Source: a virus
DNA: 64,000 nucleotides
Virus record (IMG/VR): IMGVR_UViG_3300035698_012707
Coordinates: 17,343-81,342 of that record
Direction: 5' to 3' (one strand)
Under the pieces are notes generated by a model that did not search any database, was not told the DNA's origin, and saw nothing but the letters and a program-made list of their open reading frames with translations. Both the position numbers and the translations under genes were made by a program. Position 1 is the stretch's first letter. Every line of letters starts with the position of its first letter. This document shows, piece after piece, positions 40,740 to 50,466 of the stretch.

Positions 40740-41393
40740 TTAGTAATCTAGATACGAGGTCTTATATCCTAGTCTTTGTTTCCAAAATTCAGTACAAGCA
40801 TCATTATTTTTGTTTATTTCGTACCTTTCTATTGTTCTTTTGCTAGCACCCATCTGATAGTTGTGATAGTCTATGCCTTCCATGGGTACCTTCCAATCCT
40901 CTTTCCCATAGTACATTTCTAGATATCTTTCTGTCTGAGCCGGAGCAAAGAATTTTCTATCAGATAGCTTCTCTAATTTTATTTCTACAAACTCGTCAAG
41001 CATGCCAGAAGGCACACAAAATGGTAATCTTACTCCCCAACAAGTCCTAATGCCTCCGCTAGGAGCTGGAGCACTATGCCATTGTATAACGTCACAATGT
41101 AATTTTGATCCCGGAAGATCATCAATGCTAATGGTGTGGTATAATTTGGTATGACTAATTCTCCATTGAATCCCATGTCTTAGTTCCTCAGATAGCGACA
41201 CTATCTTGTCATAGTCCTCGCCGTATACGCCTATATCTATGTCGTGTTCATTCGAAAGATCCCCGTCCCTATAGGCACATAAAAGAGTTCCAGCGTCTAA
41301 CCAGTACTGTACGTTATGTTTTCTAAACACTTCGTCTATTCTTTCTAGAGCTCTTATATAGTGTTCTTGTTCTTTTTGAATCATGGGAGACAT
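40740..41393 (-). CDS. LicD-family nucleotidyl/phosphotransferase
   Basis: YWLDAGTLLCAYRDG...HDIDIG; YLEMYYG..W..P. Confidence 0.85.
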   Translation of the reverse strand: MSPMIQKEQEHYIRALERIDEVFRKHNVQYWLDAGTLLCAYRDGDLSNEHDIDIGVYGEDYDKIVSLSEELRHGIQWRISHTKLYHTISIDDLPGSKLHCDVIQWHSAPAPSGGIRTCWGVRLPFCVPSGMLDEFVEIKLEKLSDRKFFAPAQTERYLEMYYGKEDWKVPMEGIDYHNYQMGASKRTIERYEINKNNDACTEFWKQRLGYKTSYLDY

Positions 41394-42410
41394 TTATTTT
41401 TTCCTCCTAGCTGTAAAGCTATAATTAGAGTTCTTAGTTAAAAATATATCATTGTCATAGCATTCAAAGCCAAAGTCTTCAAAGAATTTTCTACTAAAAT
41501 ATATATGTTCAGGGAAAGGATTCATACCCAGCTTTCTTCGGTTGGCTTCGCGCTCTTGCTTCTTGCTCAGGTCTGGTATTTCCATTATTAATATGTTGTC
41601 AGACAGCTTAAGCATGTCTTCCACAACCACCCTGGCATGATCTATGCTCGGGAGGTAATGAAGAACGCCCCAGCATATTGCTATATCAATGTTGCTGCAC
41701 CTTATGTTTGGTCTATTGCTTACAAAGAATGTATGGTTAGGATTGTTTTTATAGGCTCTGTCTATCATCTCTCTGGAGACATCTATGCCTATCGATCCAT
41801 CTTTAACATTAAGATTTTTTAGTATAACACCACTGCCGCATCCATAGTCAAGCACCTTGGAACTATGACATAGCCCAATCTGCCTGGCCATGTAGTCCGC
41901 CATAAGTTTAACGTCGTCCATGCTAGAGTAACCACAGATTTCATAGTCATTCTTTTCACTATTACCAGCCACCCCATCCCAGATATTGTCCCATGATGCG
42001 TTCTTTATTGTGTCTTTTATGCTAGTAGATGACACCTCTTTGTCGTAGGGCACAAAGCGTATTGCAGCGTCCCCATAAGTATGTCTAACATAGTCATAGA
42101 GTTCTTTGAATCTTTCCCCATTCCTATGGTCCTCACACATAGCCAGAATACTAGCACCCGAACTTTTAAACTTCTCTAGATAATTAAACTGGTATAGTTC
42201 TGCTCTATCTACACACTTGAGGCTGGCAACTACATCTCTTCTTTGTTCCCCGCCTACAGAAGCTCCTATGTCTTTGCATTTTAATATAGACTCATCATCT
42301 TGCACTCCCACTACAAGAAGATCTCCAAAAGATCTGGCTTTCTCTAGGTAGTTTATGTGGCCCATATGTAATATATCCCAAGCTCCAAATGTATAAACTG
42401 TTTTAACCAT
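41394..42410 (-). CDS. Cytidylyltransferase fused to a SAM methyltransferase
   Basis: GAWDILHMGH (HxGH), LVVGV, VSSTSIK; then LDYGCGSG, GVLHY. Confidence 0.85.
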   Translation of the reverse strand: MVKTVYTFGAWDILHMGHINYLEKARSFGDLLVVGVQDDESILKCKDIGASVGGEQRRDVVASLKCVDRAELYQFNYLEKFKSSGASILAMCEDHRNGERFKELYDYVRHTYGDAAIRFVPYDKEVSSTSIKDTIKNASWDNIWDGVAGNSEKNDYEICGYSSMDDVKLMADYMARQIGLCHSSKVLDYGCGSGVILKNLNVKDGSIGIDVSREMIDRAYKNNPNHTFFVSNRPNIRCSNIDIAICWGVLHYLPSIDHARVVVEDMLKLSDNILIMEIPDLSKKQEREANRRKLGMNPFPEHIYFSRKFFEDFGFECYDNDIFLTKNSNYSFTARRKK

Positions 42411-42951
42411 TATACCCCACAATCAGTCCAGTAGGAGTTTTATACGTTTTGTACTCCTTGAACGTGTCTTTTATTATTTGACTTATGCCCTGCCACTTGA
42501 CGCTGTTAGGGCAGTCGTAGTCGTCTACGCATATGACATGCTTATCGCTCAGCATCGGTTTGATTGCTTCGTACTCAGCCATAGCATGATCTGCATCTTC
42601 AGAGCTATCTAACCACACGAAATTAACTTTAACCTTGTTAAGGATATATTTTTTGTGTGCACTAGCTAGCTTTTTTATGCTCTCTACACTGTCTCCCTCC
42701 ATGCCAGTAAAGCGCCTGTCTAGGTCTCTTTCGTGCAGCTCTTCGAAGCACACTGTTAGATTGTCTCCATCGTTATCTAAACTATAGAGCTCCCCATCAG
42801 TAGGTTGCACAAGATGTTTCATAATGTTGAGGCTTGATATGTAAGGATCAAAACCTTCACCCCACATAAACGAACACCCGGTTTCAATGGCTACAATAGG
42901 GTGATCTATCCTATCTTTCCACTCTGCAAATACTTCTTTAAGTTCTATCAT
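42403..42951 (-). CDS. Methyltransferase-like protein
   Basis: IETG, GDSV, VWLDS, ICVDD. Confidence 0.65.
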   Translation of the reverse strand: MIELKEVFAEWKDRIDHPIVAIETGCSFMWGEGFDPYISSLNIMKHLVQPTDGELYSLDNDGDNLTVCFEELHERDLDRRFTGMEGDSVESIKKLASAHKKYILNKVKVNFVWLDSSEDADHAMAEYEAIKPMLSDKHVICVDDYDCPNSVKWQGISQIIKDTFKEYKTYKTPTGLIVGYNG

Positions 42952-43799
42952 TCTATGTGTGTTCCTTTGAATTCTTCTGGTTCTTCTTCCGGATGGAAGA
43001 TTCTAAAGTAAGTTTTGTATGCTTCCCTTACTTCGCTAGCGCCATCAAATCCTGTTATATCTTTAGCTTTATACATCCAATTCTTTATCTGTTGGCCTAT
43101 CTCTCCGTCAAGTAGGATAGGTTCAAACTTGTGCCATGAAGGAAACTCTCCATATATGCCTGTAAGTATTGCCTTGTACTCGTTCCAATGTTCGTTCTTG
43201 TCTGCAAGATTTGGACCACCACCACCTATGTGAAAGTTTCTATAACCTCTATGCCAGCACATGTTGTCTTGTTTTATATGATAGTAACGATAAGGGAGAT
43301 TCTTGACTCTGTTCCCGCCATCTATTACAAGTGTCTCATGAGGGTTGCCAATGTAGTGTATGCCTTCGTTCCATTTGAAAAGAAGAGGCTTCCAGTATTT
43401 ATCGTGAGCATGGTTAACGATCTTTTCTCCGCGCATGCTAATACTATTAGACTCAAAGGCCAACATGTTATAGGGTCCTGCATTATCTACTTCCTCTCTA
43501 ATGTGTTCCAATGCTTCAGTAGAGAAGAGTTCGTCCGGATCTGACACAAGAACCCAATCTGTACCCCCGTTATCTTCTCCAGCATGCTTAAGATAGTTGG
43601 TTCTTTGTGCTGAGAAATTATCTTTCCAAGGGTGTAGGTATAGCTCCACTCCTTCGTAATTTCTTAATGTAAGAACAGTGTCATCTGTACTACCACCGTC
43701 TACCACGACAACCCTATCAACATAGGGCTTAACTCTTTCTATGGCCCTCATAGTATCGTATAGCCTATTCCACGTCATCATACAGTACGTTATTTTCAT
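42948..43799 (-). CDS. GT2 glycosyltransferase
   Basis: VVDGGSTDDT, NFSAQR, DPDE, HE. Confidence 0.88.
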   Translation of the reverse strand: MKITYCMMTWNRLYDTMRAIERVKPYVDRVVVVDGGSTDDTVLTLRNYEGVELYLHPWKDNFSAQRTNYLKHAGEDNGGTDWVLVSDPDELFSTEALEHIREEVDNAGPYNMLAFESNSISMRGEKIVNHAHDKYWKPLLFKWNEGIHYIGNPHETLVIDGGNRVKNLPYRYYHIKQDNMCWHRGYRNFHIGGGGPNLADKNEHWNEYKAILTGIYGEFPSWHKFEPILLDGEIGQQIKNWMYKAKDITGFDGASEVREAYKTYFRIFHPEEEPEEFKGTHIE

Positions 43800-44167
43800 A
43801 TCAAACTTTCCTTCTTAGTTATTGAATCAATAAATTTCTGAAAACGTATTGGATGTTCAGCGTTTTCAATGTCAGCATAATCCATAGTGAGATATCCACA
43901 CCCTTTCCATACGCACTGATAGAATCCACTGCATGCGTACTCTATCCCAAACCTGTGACACTTAGGGCATCTATCCATCGCTGGCTTCCTGTTTCTCTTC
44001 TAATTTACCTATGGCTTTTATTATTTCTTTACGATCATTAGCTTTTGTAGCTCTTGCATTCTCCATTTCTTCAACGTGTTTTTTATAAGTAACTATTTGG
44101 GTATCATAGTATTTTATATTTTCGTCAATATTCACTATCATTTCATCTAAATAATTAGTTGCAATAC

Positions 44168-45154
44168 TCATTTCTTCTCCTCAAGGCTCTTAAAAAAATC
44201 AACATACCAATCAACAGTCTTCTTAAGTCCAGAAGATAGGTCATATTTTGGCTCCCACCCTGTGCTCTCTTTCATGAGGGTGCTGTCTAGATACTGCTCT
44301 GGTATTTCTTTAAACGTAGATTCTCTTTCGTTTATTTCTATGTCGGGCTCCTTGCCCATGCAAGCAAAAATGTTCTTAACAAAATCCTCAACACTTATAT
44401 GCTCACGAGTTCCAACATTGTAGGCTCTTCCTTTTGTTATATCTATGTTCTCTGCAAGTTTTATATAGGCGTCTACAACATCATCTATATATATAAATTC
44501 TCTTACCATAGCTGCACTGTCATCCCATAACATAGCAGGCTTCCCATCTACTACTCTCCGTATAGTATTTGGTATAATTCTGCTGAGGTTAAGGTCTCCT
44601 GGTCCATATATATTACAACACCGAGTGACAGTAACAGGCATATCGTAGTTATAAGCAAAAGACCTAGCAACAATGTCTGCGCACGCTTTTGTAGCGTCAT
44701 ATGTTGCCAATCCATTTAATCTATCTCCTTCTTTATAGGGGAGCTTCTCTGGCACCCCATAACATTTATCTGTACTAGCTACTACTACCGCTTTGACCGT
44801 CTTAGCATTTCTACAAGCCTCAAGTACATTCCACGTACCTTCGACGTTAGTTCGAAATGCGACGATAGGATCGCGGCTACATATCCTAACTGTAGACATA
44901 GCAGCCAGATGAAAGCAAACATCCACTTCATATTTATTTACCGTCCTTCTTACGGCATGGGCATCAGTTATATCTCCAAAGGTAACAGTCACCTTGTCTT
45001 CTATCGCCAGCTCTTTGATAGCATTAAAGGTACTTATATCCTTAAGCATTCCTATAACATTTGCTCCCATGCTCACTAGTTGTTTTGCTATATTGGAAGC
45101 TACAAATCCATTTATTCCTGTTATCAATACATTCTTGTCTTTCCAAAAACTCAT
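44168..45154 (-). CDS. NAD-dependent sugar epimerase/dehydratase
   Basis: ITGINGFVA, FHLAA, ASTDKCYG, YDATK, NIYGPGD. Confidence 0.92.
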   Translation of the reverse strand: MSFWKDKNVLITGINGFVASNIAKQLVSMGANVIGMLKDISTFNAIKELAIEDKVTVTFGDITDAHAVRRTVNKYEVDVCFHLAAMSTVRICSRDPIVAFRTNVEGTWNVLEACRNAKTVKAVVVASTDKCYGVPEKLPYKEGDRLNGLATYDATKACADIVARSFAYNYDMPVTVTRCCNIYGPGDLNLSRIIPNTIRRVVDGKPAMLWDDSAAMVREFIYIDDVVDAYIKLAENIDITKGRAYNVGTREHISVEDFVKNIFACMGKEPDIEINERESTFKEIPEQYLDSTLMKESTGWEPKYDLSSGLKKTVDWYVDFFKSLEEKK

Positions 45155-45741
45155 ATCTTCTCCCTTATTTCGTGTCGGCTAGAACCAACCCATTTTAATA
45201 TGTACTTTGTGTCTTTCTCTGTCAGTAAATCCTTGTCCCACACAGTTGTAAAAATATGATCTACATCTGAAGATTTTAAGTACTCAACACTCTTCTTAAC
45301 GCTATCCAAGTCTATATCGTCACCCGCTATTTTCTTATATTTATTAGGGGGTGCCTTAACGTCCATGTCAACATAGTCGACTAGATTATTATCTATAAGA
45401 TACTTTAGCCTGTAGAAGTAGCTTCCATTAGTGTTCAGCTTTACAAGAAGCCCCCTGTTCTTTATCTTTTTCATAAATACAGCGAGGTCATTCCATGTTA
45501 GCGGTTCCCCTCCTGAAATAGTTACGCCAGTAATTTTATCCTTTAGCTTTGAAATCTTATCCAACACATCCTCTTCTTGCAGTAGCTCTCTGTATTCTTT
45601 GTCTGTGTTCGTGAGGAATTTTTGTAGCTCTGGATTGTGACAATATGGACACCTAAAGTTACATCCCTGCGTAAAAACAATAGCTGATATCTGTCCAGGG
45701 TATTCATTTAATGAAATAGATTGGAAGCCAGCTATATGCAT
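45151..45741 (-). CDS. nrdG: Anaerobic RNR activating enzyme (radical SAM)
   Basis: GCNFRCPYCHN, ISGGEP, NTNG, MDVK. Confidence 0.92.
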   Translation of the reverse strand: MHIAGFQSISLNEYPGQISAIVFTQGCNFRCPYCHNPELQKFLTNTDKEYRELLQEEDVLDKISKLKDKITGVTISGGEPLTWNDLAVFMKKIKNRGLLVKLNTNGSYFYRLKYLIDNNLVDYVDMDVKAPPNKYKKIAGDDIDLDSVKKSVEYLKSSDVDHIFTTVWDKDLLTEKDTKYILKWVGSSRHEIREKI

Positions 45742-45742
45742 A

Positions 45743-45913
45743 TTACTTTTCCTTTTCTGAGTTAAATTTAAACGTTTTTCTGTTGTTAAACTCTTCAGTC
45801 TTGCCTTTGTTCCAGCTCTTAACAGCCCTGAGGTATCCACATACTCTTGAAAATACTTCACAGCTTTGTCTCTTTATACCGCCCCATGTTTCTGCGTTTT
45901 GATCTCTTGTCAT
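45743..45913 (-). CDS. nrdD: Separate 56-aa NrdD glycyl-radical peptide (not in ORF track)
   Basis: Hand translation MTRDQNAETWGGIKRQSCEVFSRVCGYLRAVKSWNKGKTEEFNNRKTF...; ATGA overlap with the nrdD stop. Confidence 0.85.
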   Translation of the reverse strand: MTRDQNAETWGGIKRQSCEVFSRVCGYLRAVKSWNKGKTEEFNNRKTFKFNSEKEK

Positions 45914-48900
45914 TTTGCCTCCTTAGTTGTCTCCAGTTCTTTGATTATTCCTTCATCACACTTAGGACAAAACTTATGTTCACCAAACAAGTATCCATGC
46001 TTAGGACATATGCTAAACGTTGGAGTTATTGTAAAGTACGGCAAGTGATATTTTTCACATATGAGTCTTACAAGTTTCTTAAGTGCCGTAGTATCCTCTA
46101 TCTTTTCACCTATAAATAGATGTATTACCGTACCACCTGTGTATTTAACCTGCAAACTATCCTGTGAGTCCAGCACTTCGAATAGATCATCCGTGTGCCC
46201 CACTGGGAGCTGCGTAGAGTTAGTATAGAAGGGTTCTGCACCCTCCTTGTAAGCCTCTTCGTTCGCACAGATTATACTTTTGTCTGTCTTCTTATCTTTA
46301 ATTGCTAATCTATATGCAGTTCCTTCTGCAGGAGTAGCTTCAAGATTATAGTTATTACCTGTTTCTTTCTGGTATTTTACAAGCCTATCTCTCATATAGT
46401 CTAGTACCTTTGATGCAAACTTGTGTCCCCTCTTTGTAGAGATATCTTCTCCTAAGAGATTAATACAAGCCTCATTCATACCTACGAGACCTATGGTTGA
46501 GAAGTGGTTAAACCAATATTTATGAAATCTTTTCTTTACGCTCCTTAGATAGAACTTAGCGTACGGATATAGGTCATTGTCAGCAAACTCTTCTAGCACT
46601 TTTCTTTTTATCTCCAGGCTTTCTTTTGCCTGGTCCATGAGCTTACCAAGGTTCTTCATAAAATCAACGCCTGTCTCTGACGTATGGGCTAGCCTTGGCA
46701 TGTTAATAGTTACTACTCCTATGCTGCCTGTCAGAGGGTTGGCACCGAAGAGCCCTCCACCTCTTAAGGCTAGTTCCTTAGTGTTAAGCCTAAGCCTGCA
46801 ACACATAGAACGAGCATCTTCTGGATTCATGTCCGAGTTAATAAAATTCGAAAAGTATGGGATACCGTACCTAGCAGTAATATGCCAGAGAAGATCAAGA
46901 TTAGGATTATCCCAATCAAAATCGCTGGTAATATTATAAGTAGGAATAGGAAAAGTAAACACGCGACCTTTAGCATCTCCCTCCAACATGACTTCAAAAA
47001 ATGCTTTATTGAACCAGTCCATCTCTTTCTGAAAGTCTCCATACTTCTCCTTCTGTGGCTTACCACCAATGATTACATTTTGATCCTTAAAGTTTGGTGA
47101 TGGGGTAAGGTCAAGCGTTACGTTAGTAAAAGGAGTGTTACCAGTGATGAATACCTTGCCATTTCTCCTAGCCACAACGGTTTCATTGTCAGTATTTGGG
47201 CACCAAATTATGCCATCATAGTTTACTTCATTAACACAATTTATATACGTATCTCGATGTCTTATTATTCTAATTATATATCTATCTTTTTTAGATATTC
47301 CATCAGGCTTTCTAACGCTCACAGTAGAACCATATCCTGCTATAACTGCAACTTCCTGCAAGCCATCAAGTATCTCCTTGGACGTTGTTGTTATCTTACT
47401 TCCTTCATGCCCGTCTCCTTTGATGTAAGTTTCAAGGAATACCCTAGCACCCTCTGTGTCTAAGTGATGCTTAATACACTCAGGTATAGATTTTATGTTT
47501 CCATTACCAAAATATCTTAAAATTTCACGAGTAGATTCTGCATCAAATCTTAAAACATTGCAAGGTCTTCCAAACCCTCGTTGAGTTCTTTCTGTGTATT
47601 TAAGCCCGAGGTTACTACATATACTTTTTATTTCGCTATAATTTTCAGGATTAGCTATTTTTGATTGATATATAGATATCCTTCCAGCACCTCTTAAACC
47701 TTTGTCGTACGTTCCTTCAGACACTACCCAAGCAAGAAGCCTAATTGAATCATCTGACTGTTCTGTGGTTTCACCCGCACTCGAAAGTGTGCCTCTACTA
47801 CCTATGGGTACAATGAACGGTGATTTGAGCTCCATTACAGATTCAACCTCTTCCATAACATACCCTGATCCATTGAACTTCTTTCTGACTACTCTATGCT
47901 TCGGAGAAAGAAGCTGATCTGAAATCCTATTTTTAAGATTATACATCTTCCCTTTGTATTCTCTTGAAAACATCTTTTTTACTGGTAAATATTCTATAGC
48001 TTCCTTGTCTAAATTAAATGTTGCTATAGTGTCTCCAGCATTAACTCCATCATGATACTTCCATCCGTCTGCAGTCAATATCTCAGTGTCCTCTGACATA
48101 CATTGAAACCCTACTCTGGTTGGCACGTTTACGTTGAAGATAAACTCCTGCATTGTTTGCTTTACTTCTTTGTAGGTGAGCTTATCTACTCTTATAAAGG
48201 GTGCTAGTAGGGTATCAAGGTTAGAGAACGCTTGTGCACCAGCTGCTTCTCCCTGCAACGTGTAGAAGAAGTTTACTACCTGGCCTAGCGCTGTCCTGAG
48301 GTGTTTGGCTGGTTTACTCTCTGTCTTTTCCGGAACACCGGTGAATCCTTCTACCAAGAGATCCCACAGATCCCATCCCACACAGTAAACTGATAGGGCT
48401 GATAGATCGTGTATATGGAAGTCTCCTTTAATGTGTGCGTCTCCTATTTCTTTAGGATATATTTCATTTAACCAATATACTTTACTTAGCTCTGAAGACA
48501 TGTAATTGTTTAGTCCTTGTAAAGAAAATCCCATGTTACTATTTTCGTTTACTTGCCAATCAGATTTCTTAAGGTATTGATTGATTAGATCTCTGTTAAA
48601 ACTAGCTGATATTTCCTTTACTCTGTCTTTCTTCTCTCTGAATATAATATATTCTTTTGCAGTCTTATTATAAGGAGAGCCTAATAATATTTCCTCTACT
48701 ATATCCTGCATCTCTTCAACCGTAGGTATGACCCGCTCTTCCTCGTCGCTAGAGAGTTGATGTGCTAACCTAAGAACTTTTACAGTAAGCTTCTTAGCTA
48801 TCTTGTCATCAAATTCCCCCGTTACTTGTCCAGCAGATCTTATTGCTCTTTCAATTTTAGCAGGGTTGAATTTATGAAGTCTTCCGCTTCTCTTTTTTAT

Positions 48901-48924
48901 TTTTTTAAATACCTGCTCTGGCAT
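45910..48924 (-). CDS. nrdD: Class III ribonucleotide reductase large part (ATP cone) with intein
   Basis: ATP cone; HIHD, YC, GAQA, FTFPIPT, SMCCRL, EATPAE, CPKHG...CPKC; lacks RxxGY. Confidence 0.95.
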   Translation of the reverse strand: MPEQVFKKIKKRSGRLHKFNPAKIERAIRSAGQVTGEFDDKIAKKLTVKVLRLAHQLSSDEEERVIPTVEEMQDIVEEILLGSPYNKTAKEYIIFREKKDRVKEISASFNRDLINQYLKKSDWQVNENSNMGFSLQGLNNYMSSELSKVYWLNEIYPKEIGDAHIKGDFHIHDLSALSVYCVGWDLWDLLVEGFTGVPEKTESKPAKHLRTALGQVVNFFYTLQGEAAGAQAFSNLDTLLAPFIRVDKLTYKEVKQTMQEFIFNVNVPTRVGFQCMSEDTEILTADGWKYHDGVNAGDTIATFNLDKEAIEYLPVKKMFSREYKGKMYNLKNRISDQLLSPKHRVVRKKFNGSGYVMEEVESVMELKSPFIVPIGSRGTLSSAGETTEQSDDSIRLLAWVVSEGTYDKGLRGAGRISIYQSKIANPENYSEIKSICSNLGLKYTERTQRGFGRPCNVLRFDAESTREILRYFGNGNIKSIPECIKHHLDTEGARVFLETYIKGDGHEGSKITTTSKEILDGLQEVAVIAGYGSTVSVRKPDGISKKDRYIIRIIRHRDTYINCVNEVNYDGIIWCPNTDNETVVARRNGKVFITGNTPFTNVTLDLTPSPNFKDQNVIIGGKPQKEKYGDFQKEMDWFNKAFFEVMLEGDAKGRVFTFPIPTYNITSDFDWDNPNLDLLWHITARYGIPYFSNFINSDMNPEDARSMCCRLRLNTKELALRGGGLFGANPLTGSIGVVTINMPRLAHTSETGVDFMKNLGKLMDQAKESLEIKRKVLEEFADNDLYPYAKFYLRSVKKRFHKYWFNHFSTIGLVGMNEACINLLGEDISTKRGHKFASKVLDYMRDRLVKYQKETGNNYNLEATPAEGTAYRLAIKDKKTDKSIICANEEAYKEGAEPFYTNSTQLPVGHTDDLFEVLDSQDSLQVKYTGGTVIHLFIGEKIEDTTALKKLVRLICEKYHLPYFTITPTFSICPKHGYLFGEHKFCPKCDEGIIKELETTKEAK
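47137..48102 (-). mobile_element. Intein with LAGLIDADG-type endonuclease in nrdD
   Basis: GFQ|CMSEDTEILT...SPKHR...WVVSEG...YIKGDG...VFITGN|TPF; 322 aa. Confidence 0.92.
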
Positions 48925-49732
48925 CGATATCTCCTTCATCATAATCGTACAGTTTCATTATTCTTTCATGATCTAATCCAGTAGCGATTCTATCGTCCAT
49001 AACTTTAGGATGCGTACCTTTATATTTTGTAAGCTTTTGCTCCTCAAGCATTTCAAGTTCTTGAGGTCCTATATCTTTATATTCTTTTCCGTGAAACGCT
49101 CTTTCTATTCTATTATACTTATCTACATAGACTTCTTTTGTTCTTACGTGTCCGTAGTGAAACACCTTAACATTGACAAATACAGTGTCCTCTTCTGGGA
49201 TAGGTTGTCCATGATTGTCTACGTGCATATCTGGATCGTATCCGACTGCACCATGATGTATTCCCCAATCATTTTTTACCATATATATCTTCTCAGTGTA
49301 TAGATCTTTCCAGTCTGGACACCCATTTAAAATGTGGTCGAAGTCCTTGTAGAAATGAAGAGTATTAAACTTAATAGCAACAACGTTGCTAGCAACCACA
49401 TCGGGCAGTCGTCTAATAGCTTCAGCATCTTTTTCATGATACACCTCGTCGGCATCCATCAGAACGCACCAGTCCCCCGTACAATAGCCAAGCGCTAATG
49501 ATTTTTGAATAGCATACATAGCTTTGCCTAGTGAGTGGAGCCATTTGTTTTGATAGATCTTTATTCTTGTATCCCCGATCTCTCTTACCTTATCTAATGT
49601 GTTATCAGAACTTCCTCCATCTAGCACTACAACTTCGTCAGCAAACAATAGAGCTGATTTGATTCCTTCTATAGTAGTAAACTCATTAGATATTGAATTT
49701 GTAGTCATAGTATATACAGATATTTTTGCCAT
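48905..49732 (-). CDS. GT2 glycosyltransferase
   Basis: VLDGGSSDNT, MDADE, FHYG. Confidence 0.88.
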   Translation of the reverse strand: MAKISVYTMTTNSISNEFTTIEGIKSALLFADEVVVLDGGSSDNTLDKVREIGDTRIKIYQNKWLHSLGKAMYAIQKSLALGYCTGDWCVLMDADEVYHEKDAEAIRRLPDVVASNVVAIKFNTLHFYKDFDHILNGCPDWKDLYTEKIYMVKNDWGIHHGAVGYDPDMHVDNHGQPIPEEDTVFVNVKVFHYGHVRTKEVYVDKYNRIERAFHGKEYKDIGPQELEMLEEQKLTKYKGTHPKVMDDRIATGLDHERIMKLYDYDEGDIDARAGI

Positions 49733-50466
49733 TATTTTTTACGCTCCTCTGCAAGATCAAGAGGTCTTTTTACTGTATCTTTCGTTTGTTCTCCTGGCTT
49801 ACCCATCTCATGTATATAATGCATACCAAAGACTGGATAGATACTGTTCCTTAACTTATGTCTATCCCTTTTCTTGTTGTGTAAAATATCAAAGGCAGAA
49901 TCTACATCTAACTCCTTGCACTCATGGTAACCAACTACTTCCTCATGTATAGGTCTTATAAATCTACAGTAAGACCTGAACAACCTTGATTGGTAGTCTG
50001 GGTATGTTTCTCCGTCTTCTTCCCCGTCTATAATCTCTCTTCGTGGAAACTTGTAACAGTCTATTTCATTTTGTTCTATCATATCAGGAATCTTCTTAAA
50101 AGCATCCTTAGAAAATCTTTCATCCGGATCTGGAAAAAGAGTCCAATCTGTATAGACATATTTCATAGCAATATTTTTTTGTTCTGCAAAATGCCCCTGG
50201 AATGACGATATTTTAAGAGTATCCACGTATGGCTCAGCAAGCGCTACTGTGTTATCAGTACTGCCACCGTCTATCATCACTATTCTTGTTACAAGAGGTC
50301 TAATGTGTTCTAAGAACTCTACTATATTGTCTTCTTCGTTAAGGGTTATAAACGCTGCAGTTATACCATGATACTCTTCCCAGTCTCTATCCACAAGAGT
50401 AAAATCTATATTATCTGAACTAACTTTTATCTTTTTCAATGTTAGCCTCCATAAATCCCATGTCAT
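49732..50466 (-). CDS. GT2 glycosyltransferase
   Basis: TLNEE, IDGGSTDNT, DPDE, YPDYQ.R, IHE. Confidence 0.88.
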   Translation of the reverse strand: MTWDLWRLTLKKIKVSSDNIDFTLVDRDWEEYHGITAAFITLNEEDNIVEFLEHIRPLVTRIVMIDGGSTDNTVALAEPYVDTLKISSFQGHFAEQKNIAMKYVYTDWTLFPDPDERFSKDAFKKIPDMIEQNEIDCYKFPRREIIDGEEDGETYPDYQSRLFRSYCRFIRPIHEEVVGYHECKELDVDSAFDILHNKKRDRHKLRNSIYPVFGMHYIHEMGKPGEQTKDTVKRPLDLAEERKK

